Virus record (IMG/VR): IMGVR_UViG_3300042973_000010 | Origin: an uncultured virus (IMG/VR IMGVR_UViG_3300042973_000010) | Taxonomy: Duplodnaviria; Heunggongvirae; Uroviricota; Caudoviricetes | DNA length: 64,000 nucleotides | Strand: one strand, 5' to 3' | Shown here: positions 31,100-40,625 of the stretch, in pieces | Numbering within the stretch: position 1 is the first letter of the stretch | Layout: every line of letters starts with the position of its first letter | Position numbers and translations under genes: made by a program | The notes under the pieces: model-generated | What the model was told of the DNA's origin: nothing | The model's input: only the letters and a program-made list of their open reading frames with translations | Database searches by the model: none

Positions 31100-31766
31100 A
31101 AAAAGCGCTACAAAAAAGCGTGAGTTTGGCGGGTCTATCTTCATGCCTGAATAAGCAATACCGTAACCCTTCAAGCTCACCAGTCTGGAGGGTTTCTATG
31201 TCTGCTCAATTTACCATGAATTTCAGGCGACCGCTATTAAGTAGCGGTCGAGCGTGATGCAACGGATCACAATCCGCTACACACCGCTTTTCTAACCGAT
31301 AGCTCGTCAAAAAAACCTGTGCTTTTCAAGGAAACAGCGCGGGCAGCAGCACGAACCATCAGAGCAGATAAAATATGAAATAATTTACAGGAGCATACCT
31401 GTGGGCAACCGTGCTCACAAGTACGTTCCTGTTTTTTTGCTTGCAGTTATATCATGCTGCCGAGTTCCGTCGCTTATTTTTCATTTTCAGATTTCAACAA
31501 TCACGAGATGGATGACAGACACTATGGCAAAATATCAGAAAATAACGGATTATCAAGCAAAATATCTCGATGTGAGCAAAGGGATCATCGACGTTTTGGA
31601 GAAAAACGACCGTCAGATGGAATACCTGCAGTATGACATCAAAGCCGAGCGATGCCGAATCGAGAGAATTAATACAAAATGACTGCTATATGCCGATTAA
31701 GAGATCGGAGTTACTCACACAGATTAATACGATAGCATTGAGTAAAAATTAGTAATCAGGGAAGAG

Positions 31767-31812
31767 AAACAGCCTGATCGCCAGCGTTGTTTACTGGTAG
31801 TCAGACTGTTTT
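31767..31812 (-). terminator. Terminator-like hairpin after the recombinases
   Basis: AAACAGTCTGACTACCAG...CTGGCGATCAGGCTGTTT imperfect stem. Confidence 0.55.
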
Positions 31813-31813
31813 C

Positions 31814-33397
31814 TTATGCCCGAATTTCCTGTCCATTGCGGAAGGTGAAGCGGATGTCGTCATTGGCGTAGATCGTCAGGTGATCGACGAGTCCGTTGAA
31901 GGCATCGAGGGAGAATTCCGTCAGGCTCTCGGGCGTGTTTTCGAATGCCTTGAGGAAGTCCTCGTACCCAGCTTTCCGGGATTGAGTTTCTTCGATTTTT
32001 GCGGTGAGCTCTTCGATGCGGGTCTTGAGCTTATCGTACCGGTCGGCAAGGTCGTCGTAGCGCTTCTTATAGGCGTTCTGGTCGAGAGCCGTCCGGGCGT
32101 TCTCCACGATGTTTTGCTGCACTGCGTCCGCCACCATCTGTGCCTCATCCAGGAGCCGGTCGCGCTCGGCTTCCAGTTCGTCGGTCTTGAAGAGGAACGG
32201 TAGCATCTCTTTGCCGTTGGCGATGACCTCGGTTTTTGTTTCAAGCAGCTTGTTCACCGCCGAGAGGAACGCGGTTTTCACTTCGCTGTCGTCTATGGCT
32301 GGCGTGGTGCATTTCTTGCAGCCATCGTATTTATGGTTACAGCGCCAGATAGTTTTCCGATATTTGCTGTTGGAATGCCAGACCTTGGAGCCGTAGAAGG
32401 AGCCGCACTGCCCGCAGCGGATTTTGCTGGAGAAGACGTGTACGCCGCTGTGGTACATGATGCCGTTGCCGCGCTTCTTCATCTCGCGCTGGACCAGGTC
32501 GAAGGTCTCCGGTGCGATGATCGCTTCATGGTCGCCTTCCACGTAGTACTGCGGGATTTCGCCCTCGTTGACCTTCGTCTTTTTCGTGAGGTAGTCGACT
32601 GTGTAGGATTTCTGCAGCAGGGCGTCGCCCTTGTATTTCTCGTTTCCGAGGATGGACTTGACGGTACTGATGCTCCAGTGATCCTTGCCGCCGGGTGTCT
32701 TGATGCCGTCATTGGTAAGCTGCTTGGCGATGCCGTTGTAGGTCAGGCCCTGCAGGAAGAGCCGGTAGATGCGGCGGACGGTTTCTGCCTCCTCTGGGTT
32801 GACGATGAGCTCGCCATTCGGACCGCGGTCGTAGCCGAGAAACCGGTGGAACGGAACCGTCACCTTGCCGTCTGCGAATCGCTTACGTTGTCCCCAGGTG
32901 CAGTTCTCGGAAATGCTACGGGATTCCTCCTGCGCAAGGCTCGACATGATGGTGATCAGCAATTCACCTTTTCCGTCGAAGGTCCAGATGTTCTCCTTCT
33001 CGAAGTAGCATTCGACGCCGTTTTCCTTGAGCTTTCGGATGGTTGTCAGGCTGTCGACGGTGTTCCGGGCGAATCGGCTGACGCTCTTGGTGACGATCAG
33101 GTCGATCTTCCCGGCAAGCGCGTCCTCGATCATGTTCTGGAATCCAATTCTCTTCTTGATGCCGGTTCCGCTGATTCCCTCGTCCGTGTAGACATTCACG
33201 AATTCCCAGTCATCACGGCTTTTGATGTAGTTCGTGTAGTAGTCGATTTGCGCCTCGTAGCTGGTGAACTGGTCGTCATGGTCTGTTGAGACGCGGGCGT
33301 ATCCGGCGACCCTGCGCTTTTTCTTCTCTGTGATGGGAGTGGAGGAAAAGCGCGTCCGGGATGCCGGGATCGTGGTCACTTTCTTTTGCTGCTCCAA
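31814..33397 (-). CDS. Large serine recombinase
   Basis: YARVST, DEGISG, KSVSRFARN, AQEESRSISEN, CGQCG Zn ribbon. Confidence 0.95.
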   Translation of the reverse strand: MEQQKKVTTIPASRTRFSSTPITEKKKRRVAGYARVSTDHDDQFTSYEAQIDYYTNYIKSRDDWEFVNVYTDEGISGTGIKKRIGFQNMIEDALAGKIDLIVTKSVSRFARNTVDSLTTIRKLKENGVECYFEKENIWTFDGKGELLITIMSSLAQEESRSISENCTWGQRKRFADGKVTVPFHRFLGYDRGPNGELIVNPEEAETVRRIYRLFLQGLTYNGIAKQLTNDGIKTPGGKDHWSISTVKSILGNEKYKGDALLQKSYTVDYLTKKTKVNEGEIPQYYVEGDHEAIIAPETFDLVQREMKKRGNGIMYHSGVHVFSSKIRCGQCGSFYGSKVWHSNSKYRKTIWRCNHKYDGCKKCTTPAIDDSEVKTAFLSAVNKLLETKTEVIANGKEMLPFLFKTDELEAERDRLLDEAQMVADAVQQNIVENARTALDQNAYKKRYDDLADRYDKLKTRIEELTAKIEETQSRKAGYEDFLKAFENTPESLTEFSLDAFNGLVDHLTIYANDDIRFTFRNGQEIRA

Positions 33398-35169
33398 TGT
33401 TTCTCACTCCTTATTCTCTTCATGTTTTCGCTGATTTTCTGCCTGCGTTCCGGTGTGAAGCTGTCTCGGATGGCTTTGGTCTGCTTTTCGCGGCGCTCGT
33501 CCGTCCATGGGATGCCTTCCTTACGGAATTCGTAGTCGCGCCCGACAGTCGAGCCATCTTTGAGATGGAATGTAAGATGCGTCAGCCCGCGGACCGAGAT
33601 GAAGTCGATGCATTCCTTGAATGCTTCCTCGCTGAATTCCTCAAGACCCAGCACCTGTGTGATGATTTCCTTCAGATGATCCTCACGCAGGCTTTTGCCG
33701 GGATGGTTTTTCTTGTCGGCGCACTTCCAATAGGCGTTCTGGTGGCCGTCGGCCATGACGCATGTCTGCTTGCGGTAGTTGCAGCCGCATTCCTCGCAGC
33801 GGATCTTCGTGGTGAAGCAGGTGATATCGTCACGGGTGACCGGGTGCCGTCTGCGGTACTGAGATGCACGCTTCCGATTCTCCTCAGTCCACGATTCCTT
33901 TTTCGCATTCCGGTACCAGTGGTGTTCAAGCGTGGTGCCGTCCGTGAATTCGAAGATCATCGTCCCGGACTCAGGAACCGTAATCCGTTCGACACGCTCA
34001 GAGAAGATGTCCTCGTCAAATTCCGGGATGCCGAGCACCTTGGCGCATTCCTCTTTGAGGACGCTTTCGCGGATCGTTCCGCTGCTGCAGGACGAGCAGT
34101 TTGTTTTCTTGTGTGAGGTGCAGGCCCAGAAGGTGTATTTCTCTCCGAGCCTGCTCATCTTTGCTCGGTTCCTCCGTGTGGAGCGGACGAAACTTCTGCC
34201 GCATTGTCCGCATTTGATTTTCGTGGAGAAGCAGTTCAGGGTGAGCGCCTTGTTGCCAAAGCAGCCAAGCTCCCTGCGCCGCGCCATTTCGGCCTGCACG
34301 TAGTCGAATGTTTCCTTGCTGATGATGGCCGGATGCGTGTTCTCCACATAGTATTGCGGCAGCTCGCCGCGGTTCTTCTTGACCTTCTTCGTGATCGGAT
34401 CAGCGATGTATTCCTTTTGGTAGAGCATGTTGCCCGTGTAGGTAACGTTCGTGAGGATCACCTTCAGATTGGAATCCACCCACGGCGCTCCGGCACGCGT
34501 CTTGATGCCTTCGGCGGCGAATTCCTTCTCGGTTTCCTGCCGGGATTTCCCGTCAAGGAAGTTCTGGTAGATGCGGCGTACGATGGCGGCCTCCTCCGGG
34601 ACGATGACCATCTCGTCACTTTCCCACCGGTACCCGTAGACGTTCATGTGACCGTTTGCATAAGGCAGTCCGGCCTGCATCCTTTTGCGGATTCCCCACT
34701 TCACATTGTTGGAGATGCTTTCGGTTTCAGACTGTGCAAATGAGGCGAGCAAGGTGAGCATGACCTCGCCGTCACCGGAAAGCGAGTTTATGTGCTCCTT
34801 TTCGAACCGCACCTCAATGCCCAGCTCCTTGAGATGCCGGACGGTCTCCAGCAGGTCGACCGTGTTCCGCGCGAACCTGCTGATGCTCTTGGTGAGGATG
34901 ATGTCTATCTTCCCGGCTTCGCAGTCAGCGAGCATACGCTGGAACTCAGGCCGTTTCATGGTGCTTGTACCGGTGATGCCTTCGTCCGCGTAGACACCTG
35001 CATACTGCCATTCCGGATTCTTCTGGATCAGCTCCGAGTAGTAGCTGACCTGTGCGGAGAGGGAATGGTGCAGGCGCTCGGTCTCCATCGACACACGCGC
35101 GTATGCCGCCACCTTCTTCCGCTGTGGTAGAGCCTTGATTTTAGGCTCAATTTTCGTGATTTTCGGCAT
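33376..35169 (-). CDS. Large serine recombinase (second, with two Zn-ribbon regions)
   Basis: YARVSM, KSISRFARN, CGQCG and CEECG. Confidence 0.93.
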   Translation of the reverse strand: MPKITKIEPKIKALPQRKKVAAYARVSMETERLHHSLSAQVSYYSELIQKNPEWQYAGVYADEGITGTSTMKRPEFQRMLADCEAGKIDIILTKSISRFARNTVDLLETVRHLKELGIEVRFEKEHINSLSGDGEVMLTLLASFAQSETESISNNVKWGIRKRMQAGLPYANGHMNVYGYRWESDEMVIVPEEAAIVRRIYQNFLDGKSRQETEKEFAAEGIKTRAGAPWVDSNLKVILTNVTYTGNMLYQKEYIADPITKKVKKNRGELPQYYVENTHPAIISKETFDYVQAEMARRRELGCFGNKALTLNCFSTKIKCGQCGRSFVRSTRRNRAKMSRLGEKYTFWACTSHKKTNCSSCSSGTIRESVLKEECAKVLGIPEFDEDIFSERVERITVPESGTMIFEFTDGTTLEHHWYRNAKKESWTEENRKRASQYRRRHPVTRDDITCFTTKIRCEECGCNYRKQTCVMADGHQNAYWKCADKKNHPGKSLREDHLKEIITQVLGLEEFSEEAFKECIDFISVRGLTHLTFHLKDGSTVGRDYEFRKEGIPWTDERREKQTKAIRDSFTPERRQKISENMKRIRSEKHWSSKRK

Positions 35170-35197
35170 TGTATCACTCCTTTCGTCTTGTCTATCT

Positions 35198-35224
35198 ATC
35201 ACTCTGTTTCAGACACATAGCAAG
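35198..35224 (-). promoter_or_regulatory. Repeated promoter-like motif (copy 3), upstream of the recombinases
   Basis: CTTGCTA-N12-AGAGTGAT. Confidence 0.65.
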
Positions 35225-35226
35225 CG

Positions 35227-35391
35227 TTACGGGGATAATAATGTGCCGATTATCGGGCTGTATTTCTCCTTCATTTTGGTGTCTATGACCGCGTATTCAT
35301 CCTCGGTGATAAGGCCCTGATCCAGCATCGCATGGAACATTTCCATACTCGCCTGATAGAGCTTTTCGCGTTCGAACTGCTCATCATTCAT
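35227..35391 (-). CDS. Small SHOCT-like recombinase-associated protein
   Basis: ML.QGLITEDEY..ID..M.EKY.P. Confidence 0.7.
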   Translation of the reverse strand: MNDEQFEREKLYQASMEMFHAMLDQGLITEDEYAVIDTKMKEKYSPIIGTLLSP

Positions 35392-35806
35392 GTCCGCCAC
35401 CGCCTTTGAACCGATCTTGGATATAACAGGCGTGGGAGCAGTACTTGCGGTGACGGTTTCCATAGGCTGTGAAAGTCTTTCCACAGCAGGCACAGGTGAA
35501 TGTGTAGAACGCCTTTTTATTGACGTCGCCGGGGTGACTGTTCCACCATTTGAGGCGGCAGGCATCCGAGCAGAACTTCATTTCCTTTCGTCCGGGGTGT
35601 TGCATGAGTGGCTTTCCGCAGCATTGGCAGTAAGCTGCACCCGGAGTATTTCCATCATTTGGATCGGCGAGCCTGCCGGTGAGATAGTTTCGTCTGCAAT
35701 AAGCCGAGACCTGGCTTTTGGTAAGCCCCAGCGCTCGAGCTATCGATGCATATCCATATCCTTCTTTGCGAAGGCGGCATATTTGTTCTTTTTGTTCTGT
35801 GTTCAT
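35384..35806 (-). CDS. HTH plus Zn-finger protein (candidate recombination directionality factor or regulator)
   Basis: GYGYASIARALGL; CQCCG, FCSDACR, CACCG, YCSHAC. Confidence 0.75.
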   Translation of the reverse strand: MNTEQKEQICRLRKEGYGYASIARALGLTKSQVSAYCRRNYLTGRLADPNDGNTPGAAYCQCCGKPLMQHPGRKEMKFCSDACRLKWWNSHPGDVNKKAFYTFTCACCGKTFTAYGNRHRKYCSHACYIQDRFKGGGGHE

Positions 35807-35825
35807 GACAACACCTCCCGTCACT

Positions 35826-35858
35826 TTCCACTGGAGAAAGGGCGGGAGTTTGAGCGGA
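35826..35858 (-). promoter_or_regulatory. Putative phage-sigma promoter for the recombination module
   Basis: TCCGCTCAAA-N11-TCTCCAGTGGAA. Confidence 0.7.
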
Positions 35859-35861
35859 AAT

Positions 35862-35903
35862 AAAAAAGCCCGTGAGCATTCCGGTTAGGGAACACCCACG
35901 GGC
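35862..35903 (-). terminator. Terminator after endolysin
   Basis: GCCCGTG...CACGGGC followed by TTTTTT. Confidence 0.7.
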
Positions 35904-35919
35904 ATACAGAATGAGATAT

Positions 35920-36873
35920 TTACTTCACGCGGATCCTCCAGCCTATCTGGATGAGATTCACGTTTTTGATGAGCGAGCTGTTGAGCTTCTGGATGGCGGA
36001 GACGCTCGTCCCGTATCGGCTGGCAATGCCGGAAAGGGTGTCGCCGCGTTTTACCACGTAATAAACCGCCGATGGCTTAGAAGTCGTTCCAAGCTTCTCG
36101 TTGACCTTGTCCTGCACGGTGTTGTAGTCGTATCCGGCGGCGGTGAGACGGCTTTTTCTGTCTGCACCGTTTCCCCATTTCCCAGCAATCACCTCAGAGG
36201 CAAGCTCGTCGACGGATTTCCTTGCAGGCGCTGCCGGAGTGCTTCCGGACGCTGTGCTTTTCGCGTATCCGTTGAATCCTCCGTTTTTAATAACCGTAGG
36301 AAAGTCGATGTAACACCAGTCCATGTCGACTCTGCCGTTGATGCCGGGAACGGATCCGTTCGAGGAGCACTGCCAGACGCCATAAGCACCGGAGTAAGAA
36401 CATTTCGAAGCCCACTGCGCTACCCAGACGGTGAAACGCTTCCTGACCGACTCGGATACCACGGAGTTCAGGCTCGAAAGCGAAGTATAGAACCCGGCAA
36501 AGTAGCCGAGTCTTTCCATCTCCGTGCAGAACGCCGTGATGAGATTCGAGCAGAACGCCTGCCCACGGGAAAGCTGACTTTTTTCCTCAATGTCGAAATA
36601 AACAGGGTAATCGAGCTGCTTTTCGGAGAGAACGCTCGAGAATGCCCGGGCCTCCTGTTTCGCCCCATCGGCAGATGAGGCGTAGCTGTACCAATAGGCA
36701 CCCACATGAAGCCCTGCGGCCTTTGCTTTCCTGTAGTTTGATTCGAACCATTTGTCCTTGTTGCCTGCGCCGTATCCTGCTCGTATGATGACGAAACTGA
36801 TACCTGACGCTTTTACTTTGTTCATGTCGATGTCTCCCTGCCAGACAGACACGTCGATTCCTTTATAAGCCAT
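35920..36873 (-). CDS. Endolysin: GH25 muramidase, CW_7-like repeat, LysM
   Basis: [38 protein letters not shown]. Confidence 0.93.
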   Translation of the reverse strand: MAYKGIDVSVWQGDIDMNKVKASGISFVIIRAGYGAGNKDKWFESNYRKAKAAGLHVGAYWYSYASSADGAKQEARAFSSVLSEKQLDYPVYFDIEEKSQLSRGQAFCSNLITAFCTEMERLGYFAGFYTSLSSLNSVVSESVRKRFTVWVAQWASKCSYSGAYGVWQCSSNGSVPGINGRVDMDWCYIDFPTVIKNGGFNGYAKSTASGSTPAAPARKSVDELASEVIAGKWGNGADRKSRLTAAGYDYNTVQDKVNEKLGTTSKPSAVYYVVKRGDTLSGIASRYGTSVSAIQKLNSSLIKNVNLIQIGWRIRVK

Positions 36874-36876
36874 AGG

Positions 36877-37287
36877 TCATTCCTCCTTGTCGCTTCTGTC
36901 GTGAAGCTGTTCCAGTACGTTTTTCAGTTTTTCCGGTATCGGTAGCCCGAGATGCGCCGCGTTCTCCGTGAGGGAAAGGCCCTCGTTTGATAGGTAGAAG
37001 AAGATGATGGCGGTTCTTAAGACGCCTTCGTGCCCGAGTACCTGCACGTCGAGGATGTTCCCGACGCCGACCAGAATGAATATCAGCACTTTGCGGCAGA
37101 TTCCCTTGAAGCCGACCTCGCTCGAGAGCTTCTTATCGGAAATGGCACACAGAATGCCTGTGATGTAGTCGCAGACCACGAAGACGACAAGCGCGATGAT
37201 AAGTCCGTCGCAGCCGCCGAGAAAGTAACCGATCCATCCTCCGATGGCGGTAAAGATGAGTTGTATGATCGCCCAGAATTCCTTCAT
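36877..37287 (-). CDS. Phage holin
   Basis: TM segments, DYITG, NEGLSLTEN...GLPIP; upstream of lysin. Confidence 0.9.
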   Translation of the reverse strand: MKEFWAIIQLIFTAIGGWIGYFLGGCDGLIIALVVFVVCDYITGILCAISDKKLSSEVGFKGICRKVLIFILVGVGNILDVQVLGHEGVLRTAIIFFYLSNEGLSLTENAAHLGLPIPEKLKNVLEQLHDRSDKEE

Positions 37288-37370
37288 GTATAACCTCCTT
37301 TGAAAATGGCATAAATAAAGGCTGTCTGCGGTAATGCAGGCAGCCGTGAAACGGATTCTTTAGTTTCCTG

Positions 37371-39848
37371 TTATCCGGTTTGTTTCGGAAGCGCCTCCCA
37401 GAGTCTTAAGTCTTCCTGGCCGAGTGACCAGATTGCTATTCCGCGAAGTCCCCATCGATAGGCGGCCTGATTCGCCCAGTAGACGAGCGAATCCGAGTCC
37501 TGGTAGTAGAGAATCGAAAATCCGTCTGCATCGCCAAGGAACAGGCGCGAGATCCAGATGTTGATGTCTTTCGGTGTGATTGTCACGGTGTAGTCATTTC
37601 CGCATACGAGGTTAAGTTGCTTCGAATGGAAGAATTCGTAGTCCATCGAGATGGATTCGCTTCGCGTTTCGGATTCTTCCATGTCAGAGGTCAGCGTGAA
37701 TAACTGGAACTCGTTGTCCCATGTGCAGTTTGTGCGGCTGATCCTGCCATACTGTGTGGTGCTGCCGTCCGGGAAAGTCACATCGAAACGTTCGTACGGT
37801 TCGTAAGTCCATGCATCACCCATCCGGAGGAGTTCGCAGACGGTCCTGCCGTCGCTTTGGCAGCCTGCCGCGCCTCCGGTGAATCCGCTGACACTCGCCT
37901 TGAAGCGAAGCGTATAGGAAGCACCTGAATAGACGCGCACGTTGTTTCCTCTGATCCGCATTTCGATAGTGTACATATTCGGATTGCTTCTCAGGTCAGC
38001 TGTCCTTGTCCGGATGATGCTTTGGCTGTAGCTTCCGATTTTCGCACCGCCGTTCCAAAGTTCCACGGCCTGCGTGTCATAGTTGAGACAGCAGAAAAGG
38101 CTCCCACAGAAGATGCCGGATCTTCCAGTGCTTCCTTCCGGAATTGCAAGCCTTGCCCTTAGATGTATGTCCCTGAATCCGTCATAGTTCCATGCGAACT
38201 GTCCGCTGCCTTCAAGCTGGGAATAGACGCGGTCTTCTGAGTTTTCGTCCTCACGCCAGATTTTCCATGAGCCGGATATGGTTTTCCAGTAACCGGTTTC
38301 AAGAGTTCCGGGGTCTCTGAAATCGGCGTACCATATGAGCGCGGAATCAGGCTTTCTGCGCAGCACTTCGGTCGTGAGCTTGAAGCCCTTGTCAGGCTGG
38401 CATTCGTTTCCGTTCACGTCGATGAACTTTCGTGGGCAAAGCGTGAAGGAAGCCAATCCCGCGGACGGGGACTCTGAAAAGGCTGAGCAGACGCGGAATC
38501 CGTAGAACTGGACGCCTTTTACGTCGACTGACACCGTGATGGTATGCGCTCCGGCGGAGAGGGATATCCCGTCCGCGAGACTCGCCCAGAAGGTGCTTCT
38601 CCAGTACGGCCACCACAGCCGTGACTCGGTGAAATGCTTTTTCGTTCCGTCGATCGATATGTAGATGCCGTTTTTGTCCCAGAAAGGATAGCAGAGCCGT
38701 ACCGCGATGTCGTAAGTCCCGGATGAGGGAACGTTGAAGCGGTATGTCGCGCTCCCGTCGTCACCCATGAGCGTCAGGACTCCGTTTTCAACTGAGACCA
38801 CGCCGCTATAACTGCCCCCAGAGGCGTCATGCTCAAAAGTCACGTTATGGAAGGCCGTTTTCTGTTCTTTGTTGTAGGCAGTTAGATAATTTCTCCGGTT
38901 ATAGGTTCCGTTCATCAGTGGATATTCAACCTTCGCAGCATCTTTTCCTTCCATAAAGTCGTAGACCTGTGGCAATGCCCAGGGTACCTTGTCGTAATCG
39001 TCCCAGTAGGCCAGAATCGGAATAAATGGCTGTGGCGGCTTATCATCCGTGAAGTTATACTTTCCGGTCATCCAATTCTTTGCCGCGTAGTAGGTATTGG
39101 AAGTACCACGGTAGGTTTTGCCGAGATTTTCCGGGGTATCATCAATCTGCCAGTTCCAGCCATATGCTGGGAGACCAAGGAAGACCTTGTCCGGTGTCAT
39201 TGCCTTAACCGCATAGTCATAGATTCCTTCCAGCCAGTCTCTTGGCGATACCGGGCCGGGCGCAGAGCCTGCCCATGCCATGCCGTAGCTCATGATGGCT
39301 GCGGTATCACAGTAAGGGTTGAGATCAGCATATACGCACCAGTTCTCACCGCCGACCGACCCGTTGACAGAAGTCATGCCGGGAAGGCAGATATTCATAT
39401 GCTTTGTGTTATCGTAGGACTTCACTGTGTTGCAGATCTTTGCAAACATCTGCGTAGAAGCCGCATGCGTAGAATATCCGTCGCCTCTCTCAAGGTCGAT
39501 GTCAATCCCGTCACACCACTGGTATTTCTTCATGATGCGGATGACCTCGGAGAGAAAGGTATCCTGAGCACCGCTCGTATTCTCACGGATTGCCTTAAAA
39601 ATGCTGTTTGTACCTTCATTGGATATGGTCAGCAACCATTTAATATGTGGCCACTGATGGATGTAGGGTAGCATGTTGGAGATCGCCACACCGGATTCCG
39701 TAATGACTCCGGTCTTATCCACCTTAAAGGAAAAGAGTCCGACCTGCGAAATCCTGTCACCATACATGGAAAGCGTCTGGTACATACGTGCATTTCCCAT
39801 AAATGTCCAGACCATGCATCTGCGGCCTTTTAAATAATCTCTGCTCAT
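37371..39848 (-). CDS. GH18-family glycoside hydrolase domain tail protein with C-terminal beta domains
   Basis: DGIDIDLE (DxxDxDxE), MSYG, LGLPAYG.NW, C-terminal GIAIWSLGQED. Confidence 0.82.
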   Translation of the reverse strand: MSRDYLKGRRCMVWTFMGNARMYQTLSMYGDRISQVGLFSFKVDKTGVITESGVAISNMLPYIHQWPHIKWLLTISNEGTNSIFKAIRENTSGAQDTFLSEVIRIMKKYQWCDGIDIDLERGDGYSTHAASTQMFAKICNTVKSYDNTKHMNICLPGMTSVNGSVGGENWCVYADLNPYCDTAAIMSYGMAWAGSAPGPVSPRDWLEGIYDYAVKAMTPDKVFLGLPAYGWNWQIDDTPENLGKTYRGTSNTYYAAKNWMTGKYNFTDDKPPQPFIPILAYWDDYDKVPWALPQVYDFMEGKDAAKVEYPLMNGTYNRRNYLTAYNKEQKTAFHNVTFEHDASGGSYSGVVSVENGVLTLMGDDGSATYRFNVPSSGTYDIAVRLCYPFWDKNGIYISIDGTKKHFTESRLWWPYWRSTFWASLADGISLSAGAHTITVSVDVKGVQFYGFRVCSAFSESPSAGLASFTLCPRKFIDVNGNECQPDKGFKLTTEVLRRKPDSALIWYADFRDPGTLETGYWKTISGSWKIWREDENSEDRVYSQLEGSGQFAWNYDGFRDIHLRARLAIPEGSTGRSGIFCGSLFCCLNYDTQAVELWNGGAKIGSYSQSIIRTRTADLRSNPNMYTIEMRIRGNNVRVYSGASYTLRFKASVSGFTGGAAGCQSDGRTVCELLRMGDAWTYEPYERFDVTFPDGSTTQYGRISRTNCTWDNEFQLFTLTSDMEESETRSESISMDYEFFHSKQLNLVCGNDYTVTITPKDINIWISRLFLGDADGFSILYYQDSDSLVYWANQAAYRWGLRGIAIWSLGQEDLRLWEALPKQTG

Positions 39849-40423
39849 ATTGGATCACTCCCATCCTGCATTTCCTGAAATTCCACATAAATCCTTGCTG
39901 ATTTCTTATCCTCAACCGTAATCGGATGTTTGCTGTCACCGGAAGCGGAATATTGAAAGAAGCCATCCTTTTCTGTTGCTGCGCCATTTTTCATACACTC
40001 ACGGGTAGAAGCAAAGAGGTCAAATTCATCCCCGGCGTTGGCGGCAACTTTGAAGACTGCTTTATGTGCACCGGCTCCGAGGGAAAGAGAAATGCTACCT
40101 GATTTCATGTTCTGATTCGGATAGATCTTGTAGTCAAGTCCTGCAGCCGTAGAACCCAGATTGAAAATAATGCAGTCTGCATTAGAGCGGACGAGGCCGT
40201 TATAGAACCGCTTGCCTGTGACATCATTTTCGCCACTACATTTCTTCAGCAATGCATCTGTATGAGAAACATACCCGGAGAGTTTGTTGCCTTCCTGCAG
40301 CATAAGATCGGTAAACCCAATGGTGCCGGTACTGTCAGAGACCAGATACTCTACCGTGATGCTGACAATGCGCTTCTTCTGTTTCTTTTCCATTGCCTTT
40401 GTAAATCTTGTAAATTCCGGCAT
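39845..40423 (-). CDS. Putative tail accessory protein
   Basis: TAATG-coupled to the upstream gene; N-terminus resembles 40423..40614. Confidence 0.72.
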   Translation of the reverse strand: MPEFTRFTKAMEKKQKKRIVSITVEYLVSDSTGTIGFTDLMLQEGNKLSGYVSHTDALLKKCSGENDVTGKRFYNGLVRSNADCIIFNLGSTAAGLDYKIYPNQNMKSGSISLSLGAGAHKAVFKVAANAGDEFDLFASTRECMKNGAATEKDGFFQYSASGDSKHPITVEDKKSARIYVEFQEMQDGSDPI

Positions 40424-40614
40424 TATCCATCCTCCGTCCACTTTATCTCGCTGACATGGCCTACCCACCCGGTCGCGATGGAGCCGCCCTGAAGAAACAT
40501 GTCAGTGATGTAAAGCGTCCCGGTGCAGTCCGTCACGCAGATGCGGATGGTGATTTTCTTTACCCGCTCACCCTGCGGATTTACAGCTTGTGCCGTATGC
40601 GTAAAACTTGCCAT
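40423..40614 (-). CDS. Small tail-associated protein (63 aa)
   Basis: AAGGAGG RBS; TGTLYITDMFLQGG motif. Confidence 0.72.
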   Translation of the reverse strand: MASFTHTAQAVNPQGERVKKITIRICVTDCTGTLYITDMFLQGGSIATGWVGHVSEIKWTEDG

Positions 40615-40625
40615 AACGCCTCCTT

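Noticed and set aside
31401..31682. 93-aa plus-strand ORF
   Set aside because: No clear RBS or recognisable motif; may be a remnant but is unsupported
25800..31800. tRNA, rRNA or an explicit att core repeat between the prophages
   Set aside because: None recognised by eye; serine integrase sites need not leave long direct repeats, and the partner ends lie outside the window
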